NCBI GenBank assembly: GCA_965250085.1 | Contig: OZ252287.1 | Coordinates: 704,001-768,000 of the forward strand | Direction of reading: 5' to 3' | Source: Candidatus Altimarinota bacterium | GTDB lineage: Bacteria; Patescibacteriota; Gracilibacteria; CAIRYL01 | DNA length: 64,000 bases | Shown: positions 40,349 to 49,999 of the stretch, piece after piece | How positions within the stretch are numbered: position 1 is the stretch's first letter | Layout: the number at the start of each line of letters is the position of its first letter | The notes under the pieces: model-generated | What the model was told of the DNA's origin: nothing | Database searches by the model: none | Seen by the model: the letters and a program-made list of their open reading frames with translations, nothing else | Position numbers and translations under genes: made by a program

Positions 40349-41267
40349 ATGATCCAGATCTATCATAAAACCAACAAGCAAAAAAAGTTACAAGCAATTC
40401 AAACATTGCAAAAAAACTCATGGGTGTATGCCGAAAAACCAACAGAAGAAGACCTCCTCTATTTGCAGAAAAAATGCAAACTCGATGAAGATCTTCTGAA
40501 TGATGCCTTGGATCCATATGAAGTTCCTCGACTTGAAACAGAAAAAGGAGTGCTGTAATTTCTTTACCAGACTTCCCTATCAATCAGGTGAGAAGGTGTC
40601 CACAGTGCCATTACTGGTAGCAGTGGGGAAAGAATTTATTACCACTGTCTCCAACGCTCCTCTGCCTTTTTTGAAGAAGTGGGCAGAAAAAAAGTGTGCA
40701 TTTCCTTCAACACAAGTTTCTGAACTGTTTATTACGCTTCTGGAAGAAATTGATGTCGCATTTATGATTTTTCTTTCTCGCATCGCTCGAAATATTCGGA
40801 GTATCAGTGCAGAGATAGAGGACATTGAGAACGAAGATATTATCCGATTTGTTCGTTTTGAAGGGATTCTCAATGACCTGCTCGCGGCACTGGTCCCCAT
40901 GAATGCCATTTTGCAAAAACTTTCTCTGCACCCCATGATGGAACTGAGTGCAGAGCAAAAAGATATGGTAGAAGATTTCTATTTGAACAATCATGAGTTG
41001 CAGGAATTGAGCAAGAATAATTTCAAATCCATCGTGAATGTTCGAGAAGGATACTCCACCATTATGTCGAACAATTTGAATAAATTTATCAAAATCCTAA
41101 CGGCCCTTACCGTCTCACTCACCATTCCCACAATTATCAGCAGTATGTATGGCATGAATATTCGCCTTCCTTTTGCTGACTCTCCATTTGCATTCTGGTA
41201 TGTAATAGGAATTACAGGCGTGTTTGCTCTTTTGGTGTTAGTGATACTTCTGAAGAAGAAGTGGTAA
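40349..41267 (+). pseudogene. corA: CorA family Mg2+ transporter interrupted by a 1-bp insertion
   Basis: First part has WV...PT..D, DALDP.E.PR; second part has SNNLN..IK.LT and YGMN. Removing one A at 40557 (CTG TA[A]T TTC) restores one reading frame. Confidence 0.85.
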
Positions 41268-41297
41268 AAACCGAAGAGACATGCTCAAGAACAATTT

Positions 41298-41326
41298 TTG
41301 ACAAAAGTATTGCATAATAGTACAGT
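41298..41326 (+). promoter_or_regulatory. Putative sigma70 promoter
   Basis: TTGACA-17 nt-TACAGT, about 40 nt upstream of ATG 41367. Confidence 0.55.
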
Positions 41327-41366
41327 GCGATTCCTTATTAATATTTGCGTAATTTTTATCCTATTT

Positions 41367-43616
41367 ATGGTCGAAATCGCATCTCCAGCAGTGCCTGTTC
41401 TCGTCCCTAGTCAACATTCTAGCTTGGATCCAGGACCTAAAAAAGCTTCTTTGAGGAATCTCATTCAATTACAGAGAATTGTTGATTTACAAGCGAGGGA
41501 AGAGCGATGCTTTAGGCTTACGTATATTGAGGGGGATTCTTTACAGAATATCGCTAAAATTATTGATGAGAATGTGACTCAAGTAAGAATGTGTCTAATG
41601 AGTAGTCAAAACAAAATAAAAAATAAGATAGAGGACGTGCAAAAAGATGAAGAGTTGTCTACTTGGCTAAGCTCTCTTTTTCCTGATTTAGGCATTATCA
41701 TTAGAACAGAGCCTCAAAGCGGAATAGAACAAATCAGAAACACTTCTACAAGTGTTCCTCCAGATAGTTCAGTGGGTGTTTCTTCTATTGGAGGAACTAA
41801 TGACAGATTTTCGCAGCATGTTCATTTGTTACAAAAAGTCTTGGGACTAAGTTCTTTGATCTCTCAATGTTTATATCTTGCTTATGATGAAGGTCGGTCT
41901 CTTGAACAAATTGCCAACACCCTTTCTATCACAAAGAGAGATATAGAAATACTGATAGACAACGGTCTGGAGGTGATCAAAAGTGCTTCAGAAGATCTGG
42001 AGCAGCATCATAAAAAGCTGTATAACTGGGTAATAAAAAATATTCTAAAGCCAGAAAAAAAGAAGCGAAGTGGAAACGCTCCAGCATCTTGTTCGATAAT
42101 TCCTGAAATTTCCCTAAGCGTTGATAATACTATTGATCAAAAAAATATTGATATCCTTTCCAAAGCTGTAAAATTGACCCTTCCGAGAAAAAAGGTATTG
42201 TCTCTTCTGGTACAAGGGCACTCCACTGGAAAAATTGCGACTATATTAGATAGTACCGAATCTAGCGTATCACAACTCATTTTTCACTCTCGAAGAAAAA
42301 TAAAGGTCTACCTTGAAGACAACCTTCTTCTAGATTCAGAGTTTCACACTTGGATTGAGGAAAAAATTCTTGCTAGAAGAAAGAGAGGGAAGAAAGACCT
42401 CAAAAAGCCAGCTGCCGTAATGCCACGAATAGAATTGAAGGAAGCACTAGATGCGACAACAAATCCCACTTTGAAAATCATATTCACTCAACTCGCAAGG
42501 CTGAATCTTAAGAATGTAGATCTGGAAAATACGCTGATCACTCATGCTAGAAATACTTTAATTGATAGTCGTATCGAAGGAAGACTCATAGATAAAACAT
42601 TTGATATTAAAAAACATATAAACGATGTATGCACTCAACATGACATTCCTTTTGGGGTCTTTATCGACATAGTACTTAAAAATCCTGCCCTGCTTTTTTG
42701 TCCAACAAATACTGTTACCAATTATTCTGACTTTCGAATCTTAGTACATAATTATCGTTCCCCTCATTCCAATGCAACAAACTCTTCTCCTGTCTCTCTA
42801 AGGTCAAAGGAGGCTTCTGAGATACATACTTTTGAAGCAGGTGGAGAAGAATATGTATATATAAATGAGCAAATGCATACGGCTGTACTCTTAGCAAAAA
42901 GACTGGCGAGTGAAAAAATGCCCGTGCTTATTCTCGGTGAAACCGGAGTGGGAAAAGAAGGTATTGCTCGTCTTTTACATGAAAGTTCTGATAGAGCCCG
43001 GTTTCCATTTTCTGCCATTAATTGTTCAGCCATCCCCGCTGATCTTCTTGAGAGTGAACTCTTTGGACATAAGCGAGGATCGTTCACAGGGGCGACCTCG
43101 AACAGAAAAGGCTTATTCGAAACTGTAGAGCGCGGAACTCTCTTTCTTGATGAAATTGGAGAAATGGATCCACGAGTACAATCAAAGCTCTTGCGAGTCT
43201 TGCAAGAGAAAGAATTTCGTCCAGTTGGAAGCAATGAGGATACTAAATTTAGAGGAAGGGTTATTGCCGCTACTAATAGAGACCTTACTCAGGAGATACA
43301 ATCTCACACTTTCCGTTCCGACTTGCTCTACCGCATTGCACAATCTCATATTATTATTCCCAAACTAAAAGATAGAATTGAAGATATTGATCCCCTTCTT
43401 CGCATTTTTTTAAAACAGCTCCATCCTCAGCTCCACATCAAGGATGCAGCACGAAACAAACTCAAAGACCATTCATTCCCTGGAAATATTAGAGAATTGC
43501 AGGCTATTTTAAGACAAGCATATGTCCTTGCAACCCTTCACTCTCCTAAAAATCTAGTTATTGATGCAGAACATATAAGATTCTTCTTTGCAGAGAGCTT
43601 GGGTGAGATCTCTTAG
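41367..43616 (+). CDS. Sigma54-activator-type AAA+ protein with three N-terminal sigma-region-4/LuxR-like HTH repeats and no C-terminal HTH
   Basis: GETGVGKE, INCSAIP..LLESELFGHKRGSFTGA, FLDEIG, VIAATNRDL, FRSDLLYR, FPGNIREL; three G.S..(Q/N/K)IA..(L/I) units. Confidence 0.85.
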   Translation: MVEIASPAVPVLVPSQHSSLDPGPKKASLRNLIQLQRIVDLQAREERCFRLTYIEGDSLQNIAKIIDENVTQVRMCLMSSQNKIKNKIEDVQKDEELSTWLSSLFPDLGIIIRTEPQSGIEQIRNTSTSVPPDSSVGVSSIGGTNDRFSQHVHLLQKVLGLSSLISQCLYLAYDEGRSLEQIANTLSITKRDIEILIDNGLEVIKSASEDLEQHHKKLYNWVIKNILKPEKKKRSGNAPASCSIIPEISLSVDNTIDQKNIDILSKAVKLTLPRKKVLSLLVQGHSTGKIATILDSTESSVSQLIFHSRRKIKVYLEDNLLLDSEFHTWIEEKILARRKRGKKDLKKPAAVMPRIELKEALDATTNPTLKIIFTQLARLNLKNVDLENTLITHARNTLIDSRIEGRLIDKTFDIKKHINDVCTQHDIPFGVFIDIVLKNPALLFCPTNTVTNYSDFRILVHNYRSPHSNATNSSPVSLRSKEASEIHTFEAGGEEYVYINEQMHTAVLLAKRLASEKMPVLILGETGVGKEGIARLLHESSDRARFPFSAINCSAIPADLLESELFGHKRGSFTGATSNRKGLFETVERGTLFLDEIGEMDPRVQSKLLRVLQEKEFRPVGSNEDTKFRGRVIAATNRDLTQEIQSHTFRSDLLYRIAQSHIIIPKLKDRIEDIDPLLRIFLKQLHPQLHIKDAARNKLKDHSFPGNIRELQAILRQAYVLATLHSPKNLVIDAEHIRFFFAESLGEIS

Positions 43617-43659
43617 TGTTTTGCAAGTACGATATGTTTATATAATTTTTTATTCTTTC

Positions 43660-44367
43660 ATGGATGAAATAGTTCCTCCAGTAGTGCCTCTTTCTTCTCC
43701 TGATCAACTATCTGATAATAAAGATTCGTCAGGTATTACGCGCACTCAGAGCCTGTGGCTTCTGGCTAGGTTACAAACAGCGCTTCGTTTAAGTGATATG
43801 AGTACTAAGTGTTTGGATCTTACGTATAATGATCTTCAGTCTCCTGATCAGATTGCTTCTACTCTTGGCATAACCGTATCCCAAGTGAGGACACGGCTAA
43901 AAGACTCCCTATACACAATAGAGTTTCGGTTGGATATATTGCAGAGAGATAATAAAGATTTGTATGACTGGGTGGTGTCCGATATTCTGAATTTAGAGGA
44001 ATCTGAAGATCGAATTGGAGGTGCTGAGAGTGATATTTCCACAACTTCACTTATGAATAAGAAATCTGATTCAGATGCTGACAAAGATCCCGACAAAATT
44101 CATATCTATCAGCTTGCTCAAACTGTAGGTTTGACTTCTCTGCAACAAAATACATTGTTCTTTTTTGTGAAGGGTCTTTCCTATCAGGAAATAGCGAGCG
44201 AACTAAATACAGCATGTGGTAATATCTCACAACGCATGGTTTATATTCGAAAAAAAATAAAACGCCATATTAGGGCGAGGCGTCCATTGGATGTGGACCT
44301 CCGAATCTGGACACAAGAAAGAATCCTTGCCGCGAGAAAGAAAAAAGGTTCAGTCGTTATAAAATAG
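43660..44367 (+). CDS. Tandem two-HTH (sigma-region-4/LuxR-like) protein, paralog of the N-terminal region of the upstream gene
   Basis: QSPDQIASTLGITVSQVRTRL and KGLSYQEIASELN; N-terminus and W-containing helices shared with the upstream ORF. Confidence 0.75.
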   Translation: MDEIVPPVVPLSSPDQLSDNKDSSGITRTQSLWLLARLQTALRLSDMSTKCLDLTYNDLQSPDQIASTLGITVSQVRTRLKDSLYTIEFRLDILQRDNKDLYDWVVSDILNLEESEDRIGGAESDISTTSLMNKKSDSDADKDPDKIHIYQLAQTVGLTSLQQNTLFFFVKGLSYQEIASELNTACGNISQRMVYIRKKIKRHIRARRPLDVDLRIWTQERILAARKKKGSVVIK

Positions 44368-44511
44368 TCCTAATTTTTTATAATCCCGATATGATTCTAT
44401 TTTTGGCATCCATTGGTATTTTTTATAAAAACATAAAAAATCACCTATTCTTAGAATCAATGAAGAACGTGATACAATACAAGCATCCTTCTCCTTTTAT
44501 CCCCTTTTTTT

Positions 44512-44898
44512 ATGGAATCTGGTCATTATCTCGCGTCCATTATCGGACCTGTCTACGTTGTCATAGGACTCAGCGCTCTCATGTATCCCAAAGTTTGGGT
44601 AAAACTTCTCAAATACTACACCGAAAACCACTTTCGACTTTTTGAACTTGCGCTCCTGGAACTTGTTCTGGGACTTCTCATCATCAGCAAATATAATGTG
44701 TGGGAACCAAACATATATCTAATCATCACCCTCACTGGTTGGGGCATGATTCTCGAGAGCGTGATGTATATGATTTTTTCAGGAAAAACACTCAAGGGCA
44801 TGATGAAAAAGTTTTCGACATCTGGATCAATGAGCTTCTGGGGACTCGTGGCACTTATTGTTGGGGGGGTGCTTTGCTACAATGTGTATATGGTGTAG
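44512..44898 (+). CDS. Hypothetical four-TM membrane protein
   Basis: Four hydrophobic segments; YLASIIGP, IITLTGW. Confidence 0.7.
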   Translation: MESGHYLASIIGPVYVVIGLSALMYPKVWVKLLKYYTENHFRLFELALLELVLGLLIISKYNVWEPNIYLIITLTGWGMILESVMYMIFSGKTLKGMMKKFSTSGSMSFWGLVALIVGGVLCYNVYMV

Positions 44899-44907
44899 CT
44901 TCTTAAA

Positions 44908-45102
44908 ATGGTTATGTCAAAAAAAACATTTGCAGGCGTGCTTGTTGCTGTTGCCCTGTCCATCGGCATTTTTATGTTGAACGGTTCAAAAGACCTTATT
45001 GTGTCAATGCGCATGAGTGGATCAGGCTTACAGATCTATTCGAACGGCACTGTCATTGCTTTTTTTCCAGAATATTATCGTTATGCTGGCATTTTTTTAT
45101 AA
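44908..45102 (+). CDS. Small hypothetical membrane protein or gene fragment
   Basis: 64 aa with an N-terminal hydrophobic helix, directly after the previous gene. Confidence 0.3.
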   Translation: MVMSKKTFAGVLVAVALSIGIFMLNGSKDLIVSMRMSGSGLQIYSNGTVIAFFPEYYRYAGIFL

Positions 45103-45658
45103 AACTGTGAATGATCTTAGCTTATTAAGTCGGAAGGAACTCGAAATAGAATTAGAAGTGCTGTTCGAGCAAAACGCGAAGCTCTCCAAGGAGAATAAGA
45201 GCCTCAGAGTTCTAGCGTATGCAATTGAAGAAGTTAGAAGAAACATTGATTTCGATTACGCCCCTGAGGAGAACCAGCGTCGAGGCGGGGTCTCAAGTGC
45301 TCTTAGGACTAATGCTGAACAGCGGAGTAGGAACGCAAAAATGGCAGCCCTCTCACGGTCTCCTGAGAAGCGCAAGGCGCTTGCTCGGCAGGCTGCTCGA
45401 GTTCGATGGGGGGATGCTATTGACGCGAAAGCTGTCGGCGAACAAATTCGCAATCTTCGCCAGTTCATAAACGTCACCCAGAGCGAGTTCGCGACCGAAC
45501 TAGAGACATACTTGGGCGTTGGCAAAGCTCCATCCCAATCAACGGTAGCAAGTTGGGAAAGCGGAAAGGCGGCGCCGAGTAACGATTTCAGGCCTGCGAT
45601 TCTGGCTTTAGCCGCCGCACTCGATTATCCATTTGAAATTCAGCCTCTCATCGAGTGA
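45083..45658 (+). CDS. XRE/Cro-family HTH protein with an N-terminal coiled coil and a mobile-element-type 'ARxAAxxRW' motif
   Basis: IRNLRQ..VTQSEFA..L...SQSTVASWESGKAAP; SPEKRKALARQAARVRW; start uncertain. Confidence 0.75.
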   Translation: MLAFFYKTVNDLSLLSRKELEIELEVLFEQNAKLSKENKSLRVLAYAIEEVRRNIDFDYAPEENQRRGGVSSALRTNAEQRSRNAKMAALSRSPEKRKALARQAARVRWGDAIDAKAVGEQIRNLRQFINVTQSEFATELETYLGVGKAPSQSTVASWESGKAAPSNDFRPAILALAAALDYPFEIQPLIE

Positions 45659-45700
45659 GTTCAGCGATGCGAAAGAGAACTTGCCATGAGCGAAGTCGAA

Positions 45701-45775
45701 TGGTGCCCCCGACAGGAATCGAACCTGTATCTAAGTCTTAGGAGGACCTTGTTCTATCCATTGAACTACGGGAGC
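45701..45775 (-). tRNA. tRNA-Arg(CCT)
   Basis: GCTCCCG...TAGTTCAATGGATAGAAC, anticodon arm AGGTC-CTCCTAA-GACTT, T-loop GGTTCGATTCC, encoded 3' CCA. Confidence 0.97.
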
Positions 45776-45780
45776 AAGAC

Positions 45781-45857
45781 AGTCGGAAGTATAAAGTCAA
45801 AAGTATAAAGTAAGAAGTGTAACTTTCAGACTTTATAACTTGTAACTTTCAACTTGC
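45781..45857. repeat. Two opposed degenerate heptamer arrays
   Basis: agtcgga agtataa agtcaaa agtataa agtaaga agtgtaa, followed by the reverse-type array ..actt.. with period 7. Confidence 0.7.
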
Positions 45858-46385
45858 TTACGCAGTAAGCTTTGGAAATATTGTTTTATCAGAAGGAAGA
45901 GAAGAAGTCGTGCAAACAAATTCTTTTATTGCCTCCTCTGAACCGGCGCCCATTTCTGCCAAGAATTTTTCTTGTGCTGTTCCTACTACAATCACTGCTT
46001 TGGGGTCTATTTCTTCCACCATTTTTTTGAGAGCAGGTTTCACTTCATTCACCTCCAAAACCAGAACATCTACATTTCCGAGTATTTCCATATCATTTTC
46101 TGTGAGTTCTTTGTCTAAGGCAGGGAGAAAAACTACTCGCACATCTTCTGTAAGGAGTTTTACTCCAAGAGATTTATTATGCAGTTCAAAAAGCTGTGCA
46201 GCGGTCCCTCCAAATTCATACTCGCCTGGCCAACTGAGGAAATTGCCATCAAAATTCATATCTCTGTCTTGACCAGTAAAGACAGAAAACAAAAGTGTTT
46301 CATTCTTTTTAGATGGATTGATCGTAAACATTCCATTTTTTGTTTCACCGCTAAAAGCAAAGTTTCCGTAGTATTTGAGTTTCAT
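45858..46385 (-). CDS. MBL-fold (Lactamase_B_3-like) protein of CPR type, degenerate metal site
   Basis: MKLKYYG..F, WPGEYE.GG, LGNVDVL, IDPKAVI. Confidence 0.7.
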   Translation of the reverse strand: MKLKYYGNFAFSGETKNGMFTINPSKKNETLLFSVFTGQDRDMNFDGNFLSWPGEYEFGGTAAQLFELHNKSLGVKLLTEDVRVVFLPALDKELTENDMEILGNVDVLVLEVNEVKPALKKMVEEIDPKAVIVVGTAQEKFLAEMGAGSEEAIKEFVCTTSSLPSDKTIFPKLTA

Positions 46386-46465
46386 AAATTTTAAAAAAAC
46401 AGCAGAGAGAGTGTACTCAAAATCATGTAAAAACAGAAGAGATTTGCTTTTTTTCTTTATACATT

Positions 46466-47575
46466 ATGGCACCTTTGCTATGCTCCTTTTTGATTTTTTT
46501 AAAGACAAGAATGGAAATATTAAAAAAAGAGGCGCCTTTTCTTCTTTTCTTCGTCGCACTCACCGCTGGAATTGGATATATATTTCAAAGGCCAGACATT
46601 GCCATGTGGACAGGGTTCATTTTGGCTGCATATAGTGCCATTGGCAATGACAGTATTCAAACCCTTGGGACATTTTTGACATCTAATGAAAAAATAAAAT
46701 GGTGGGTGCTCTGGATGTTTATTGGAGGTATTTTTATAGTGGTCATGACGTATGGATGGCATGCAAACCAAGGCGATGTAGCATTTGGGAGGCTGAATAA
46801 GATCCAGTACACCAATACATTTTCATTCTTCCAAATTTTTGCACCTGCTGTCCTCTTGCTTCTGACAAGGTATCGTATTCCTGTGAGCACCACTTTTCTG
46901 TTGCTTTCTGTTTTTTCTACTGCCAAGACCGTAGAAAAAATGATCGTCAAAAGTCTCTTTGGATATGCACTCGCATTTATATGTGCTTTCCTTTTTTGGG
47001 GAGCACTATCTAAATTTTTTGGTGCATATTTTGCAAAACCTCTTTCTCAATCGCAACAAAAGCGCTGGAGAATTTTACAATGGGCGTCTACTGCCTTTCT
47101 CTGGTCCTCGTGGCTGATGCAAGATACCTCCAATATTGCTGTGTTTTTTCCACGCATTATTTCATGGGAAAATTTTTTGATAATGACGTCGATTGGATTT
47201 TTACTAATTGGATTCTTACTTTTTATAAAAGGAGGACGTATCCAATCCATTGTTCGAGAAAAAAAAGACGTCGTAGAAGTACGGGCAGCAACACTTATCG
47301 ATATTATGCTGGCATTTATTCTGCTGTATTTTAAAAAGATCAACGATATTCCCATGAGTACTACCTGGGTCTTTTTGGGACTTTTGGCGGGAAGAGAAAT
47401 CATCCTCTCTCACTTTGCTGGTTCAAAAGGTCCCTTTAAAGAGAGTGTCTATTTGGTCGCAAAAGACATTATGCTCGCGGCATTAGGGCTTGTTATTTCT
47501 GTGATACTCGTTATTTGCACCAGACCTGACGTGTTTCTTCCATGGGTAAAGGGAATATTTTTGATAGGAAACTAG
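46466..47575 (+). CDS. PiT/PHO4-like inorganic phosphate transporter-related membrane protein
   Basis: GNDSIQTLGT and duplicated IPVSTT / IPMSTT motifs; about 10 TM helices; start may be ATG 46511. Confidence 0.65.
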   Translation: MAPLLCSFLIFLKTRMEILKKEAPFLLFFVALTAGIGYIFQRPDIAMWTGFILAAYSAIGNDSIQTLGTFLTSNEKIKWWVLWMFIGGIFIVVMTYGWHANQGDVAFGRLNKIQYTNTFSFFQIFAPAVLLLLTRYRIPVSTTFLLLSVFSTAKTVEKMIVKSLFGYALAFICAFLFWGALSKFFGAYFAKPLSQSQQKRWRILQWASTAFLWSSWLMQDTSNIAVFFPRIISWENFLIMTSIGFLLIGFLLFIKGGRIQSIVREKKDVVEVRAATLIDIMLAFILLYFKKINDIPMSTTWVFLGLLAGREIILSHFAGSKGPFKESVYLVAKDIMLAALGLVISVILVICTRPDVFLPWVKGIFLIGN

Positions 47576-47603
47576 TATCTTCTTTCTGAATTACAGAGTT
47601 TCA

Positions 47604-48875
47604 TCATATTGCACCTTGATATCTTGCCTTGTTTCCAAGCTGTTTTTCTATCCTCAGGAGCTGATTGTATTTGGCAATACGATCGGTACGAGAGAGTGAT
47701 CCGGCTTTGATCTGTCCGGTCTCAAGTCCTACTGCCAAATCGGAAATAGTAGTGTCTTCAGATTCTCCACTACGATGACTCATGACAGCTGTCCATTTTC
47801 CTGTTTTTACCGCCATTTGCACGGTTTCGATCGTTTCGGAGAGAGTTCCAATCTGGTTAAATTTGACGAGGAGTGAATTGACGCATTTGCGAGCAATACA
47901 CATCTGCACCCTTCGAGGATTTGTCACACACAGATCATCTCCTACAAGTTGCACTTTGTCTCCAATATGAGCGGTGAGAGATGTGAATGCATCCCAATCA
48001 TCTTCAGAAAAGGCATCTTCAATAGAAATAATCGGGTATCTGTCACAAAGATCAATATAATATTGCCCAAGTTCTTCAGAGTTTTTCCATTCTCCGTCTA
48101 CTCGGTATCCTTTTTCATCCTCATAAAACTCCGATGCAGCGGCATCAAGAGCGATCTGTATTTTTCCATCATGACCGGCAGCTTCTACTGCCTCGAGAAT
48201 AACCTCAATGGCATCTGCATTCTTTTTTAAATGCGGGGCAAATCCTCCTTCATCTCCTACCGCCGTCACCATTTTTCGAGACTGTAGAATTTTTTTGAGA
48301 TGATGAAATGTCTCTGATCCCATTTGGAGTGCCTCTGAAAATGAATTGGCTCCCGTGGGCATAATCATAAATTCCTGAATCTCCAATCCAGAGTCTGCGT
48401 GTTCTCCTCCGTTTATTACATTCATCATGGGAGTCGGGAGCAGTACTGGATCTGAATTTTCCGCAAGAGATCCAAAATATTGAAAGAGTGGAATATTTAA
48501 CTCTTGAGCATGCGCCTTTGCCACGGCGAGTGAAATACCAAGGATGGCATTCGCTCCCAAACGTCCTTTGTTCATGGTGCCATCCAGATCTATCATCTTG
48601 TGATCGAGTTCTTTTTGCTCTCCACTTTCCATTTCCACGATTGCCTTCTTGAGCTCAGTATTTACATTCTTTACAGCGTTCAAAACACCTTTCCCCAGAT
48701 ATCGTTTTTTGTCTCCATCACGAAGCTCCAGAGCTTCATGGGTTCCCGTAGACGCCCCAGAAGGAACAATAGCTCTGGCTGAAACACCACTTTTGAGCTC
48801 TGCAAGAACCTCTACCGTTGGACTCCCTCGAGAATCGAGGACTTCTAAGGCCTCAATATTTATGATTTTGGACAT
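47604..48875 (-). CDS. eno: Enolase
   Basis: LDSRG.PTVE, VPSGASTG..EA.ELRD, GDEGGFAP, SHRSGE, GQIK. Confidence 0.98.
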   Translation of the reverse strand: MSKIINIEALEVLDSRGSPTVEVLAELKSGVSARAIVPSGASTGTHEALELRDGDKKRYLGKGVLNAVKNVNTELKKAIVEMESGEQKELDHKMIDLDGTMNKGRLGANAILGISLAVAKAHAQELNIPLFQYFGSLAENSDPVLLPTPMMNVINGGEHADSGLEIQEFMIMPTGANSFSEALQMGSETFHHLKKILQSRKMVTAVGDEGGFAPHLKKNADAIEVILEAVEAAGHDGKIQIALDAAASEFYEDEKGYRVDGEWKNSEELGQYYIDLCDRYPIISIEDAFSEDDWDAFTSLTAHIGDKVQLVGDDLCVTNPRRVQMCIARKCVNSLLVKFNQIGTLSETIETVQMAVKTGKWTAVMSHRSGESEDTTISDLAVGLETGQIKAGSLSRTDRIAKYNQLLRIEKQLGNKARYQGAI

Positions 48876-48940
48876 ATGAAAAGAATTACGGCTCCAGTAT
48901 GACACAGAACAATTTGGCTTCAAAAATAAACTTATGATTT

Positions 48941-49843
48941 TTAGACTTTCATGGAGAAATCAAGCGACTGAGCATGCTTGGTCAGAAAACCAGCAGAAAG
49001 GATATTCACTCCAGTGTCAGCAAATCCCAAAAAGTTTTTAGGAGAAATTCCTCCTGAGGCCTCAAAGAAAATATTTTTTCCATTCCATTCTTGGATATCA
49101 ATTTTGTTGAGAACATGAGAAATATCCTCTGGAATGAAATTGTCCAACATGATCACTCCAGGTGTTTCGGACGGGAATTGTTCTAAAGTATCAAGTACCG
49201 TAAAAAATTCATCTTCTGTTTCCACCTCTATCTCCCAAAAATCTGCTGTGTTTTGTTGGGAAACTTTTTCCACGACATTTTTAATTCCATCGGAAAGACT
49301 GAGGTGATTTTCTTTGACAAGCACAGCGTCAAAAAGTCCAAGTCGATGTGTGAGTCCGCCACCAAGGGTAACTGCTTTTTTGTCCAACATCCCCCAGAGT
49401 GTTTTTCGTGTTGCGGCAAAATATATACTTTTCGGTAATTGGGAAGAAAATCGATTTGTGTGAGTGGCAATACCAGACATCCGCGAGAGAGTGTTGAGAA
49501 GTGTTCGTTCGATTCTCAGTATTTCTTTTCCATCTCCAGAGAGAGTAAGGATCTCATCTGCGCCCTTAAATTCTTCTCCATCTTGAAAATGCCATGTGTC
49601 CTTGATGTTCAGACCTTGAAGAAGATACAAAATTTCTTCCTGTCCCGCCAGTATTCCATTTTCTCGAGAGATAATTTTTGCAGAGATTTTTGTCTCTTGT
49701 TGTATGAAGAGATCACTTGTGAGATCTTCCCCGTCTCCAGAAAATTGAAAGTCAAAGAACTTATCTACTGCCTTTCTGTACTTCGGATGTTCCAAAGTAA
49801 GAAGATGCGATCGGTCGTGTGGAGGTTTTGGAGGAATGTGCAT
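48941..49843 (-). CDS. nadC: Quinolinate phosphoribosyltransferase
   Basis: ERTLLN.L.RMSGIAT, TRKT, HRLGL.DAVLVKENH, EIEVE, IMLDN, EASGGI. Confidence 0.9.
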   Translation of the reverse strand: MHIPPKPPHDRSHLLTLEHPKYRKAVDKFFDFQFSGDGEDLTSDLFIQQETKISAKIISRENGILAGQEEILYLLQGLNIKDTWHFQDGEEFKGADEILTLSGDGKEILRIERTLLNTLSRMSGIATHTNRFSSQLPKSIYFAATRKTLWGMLDKKAVTLGGGLTHRLGLFDAVLVKENHLSLSDGIKNVVEKVSQQNTADFWEIEVETEDEFFTVLDTLEQFPSETPGVIMLDNFIPEDISHVLNKIDIQEWNGKNIFFEASGGISPKNFLGFADTGVNILSAGFLTKHAQSLDFSMKV

Positions 49844-49869
49844 AGTACATGAAGTATGAATCTTTTTTG

Positions 49870-49980
49870 TCCCCCTTGAAAAGGGGGATTTAGGGGGTTT
49901 GTATTATAAACCCACCCAGCCTCCCTTGTTAAGGGAGGAGTAAAAAAAAACCTCTCTTTGGTAAGGGAGATGCAGGGGGT
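49870..49980. repeat. Cluster of three REP-like GC hairpins
   Basis: tccccctt-gaa-aaggggga; cctccctt-gtt-aagggagg; ctctcttt-ggt-aagggag; two of them followed by aggggg tails. Confidence 0.75.
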
Positions 49981-49999
49981 TTAAAAACAGAAAAATAAA

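Noticed and set aside
40540-40570. Programmed ribosomal frameshift in corA
   Set aside because: There is no canonical slippery heptamer or stimulatory structure at the junction; a 1-bp insertion explains it more simply.
41298-45700. Intact prophage or integrative element at tRNA-Arg
   Set aside because: No integrase, structural genes or att duplication were found; kept only as a possible remnant.
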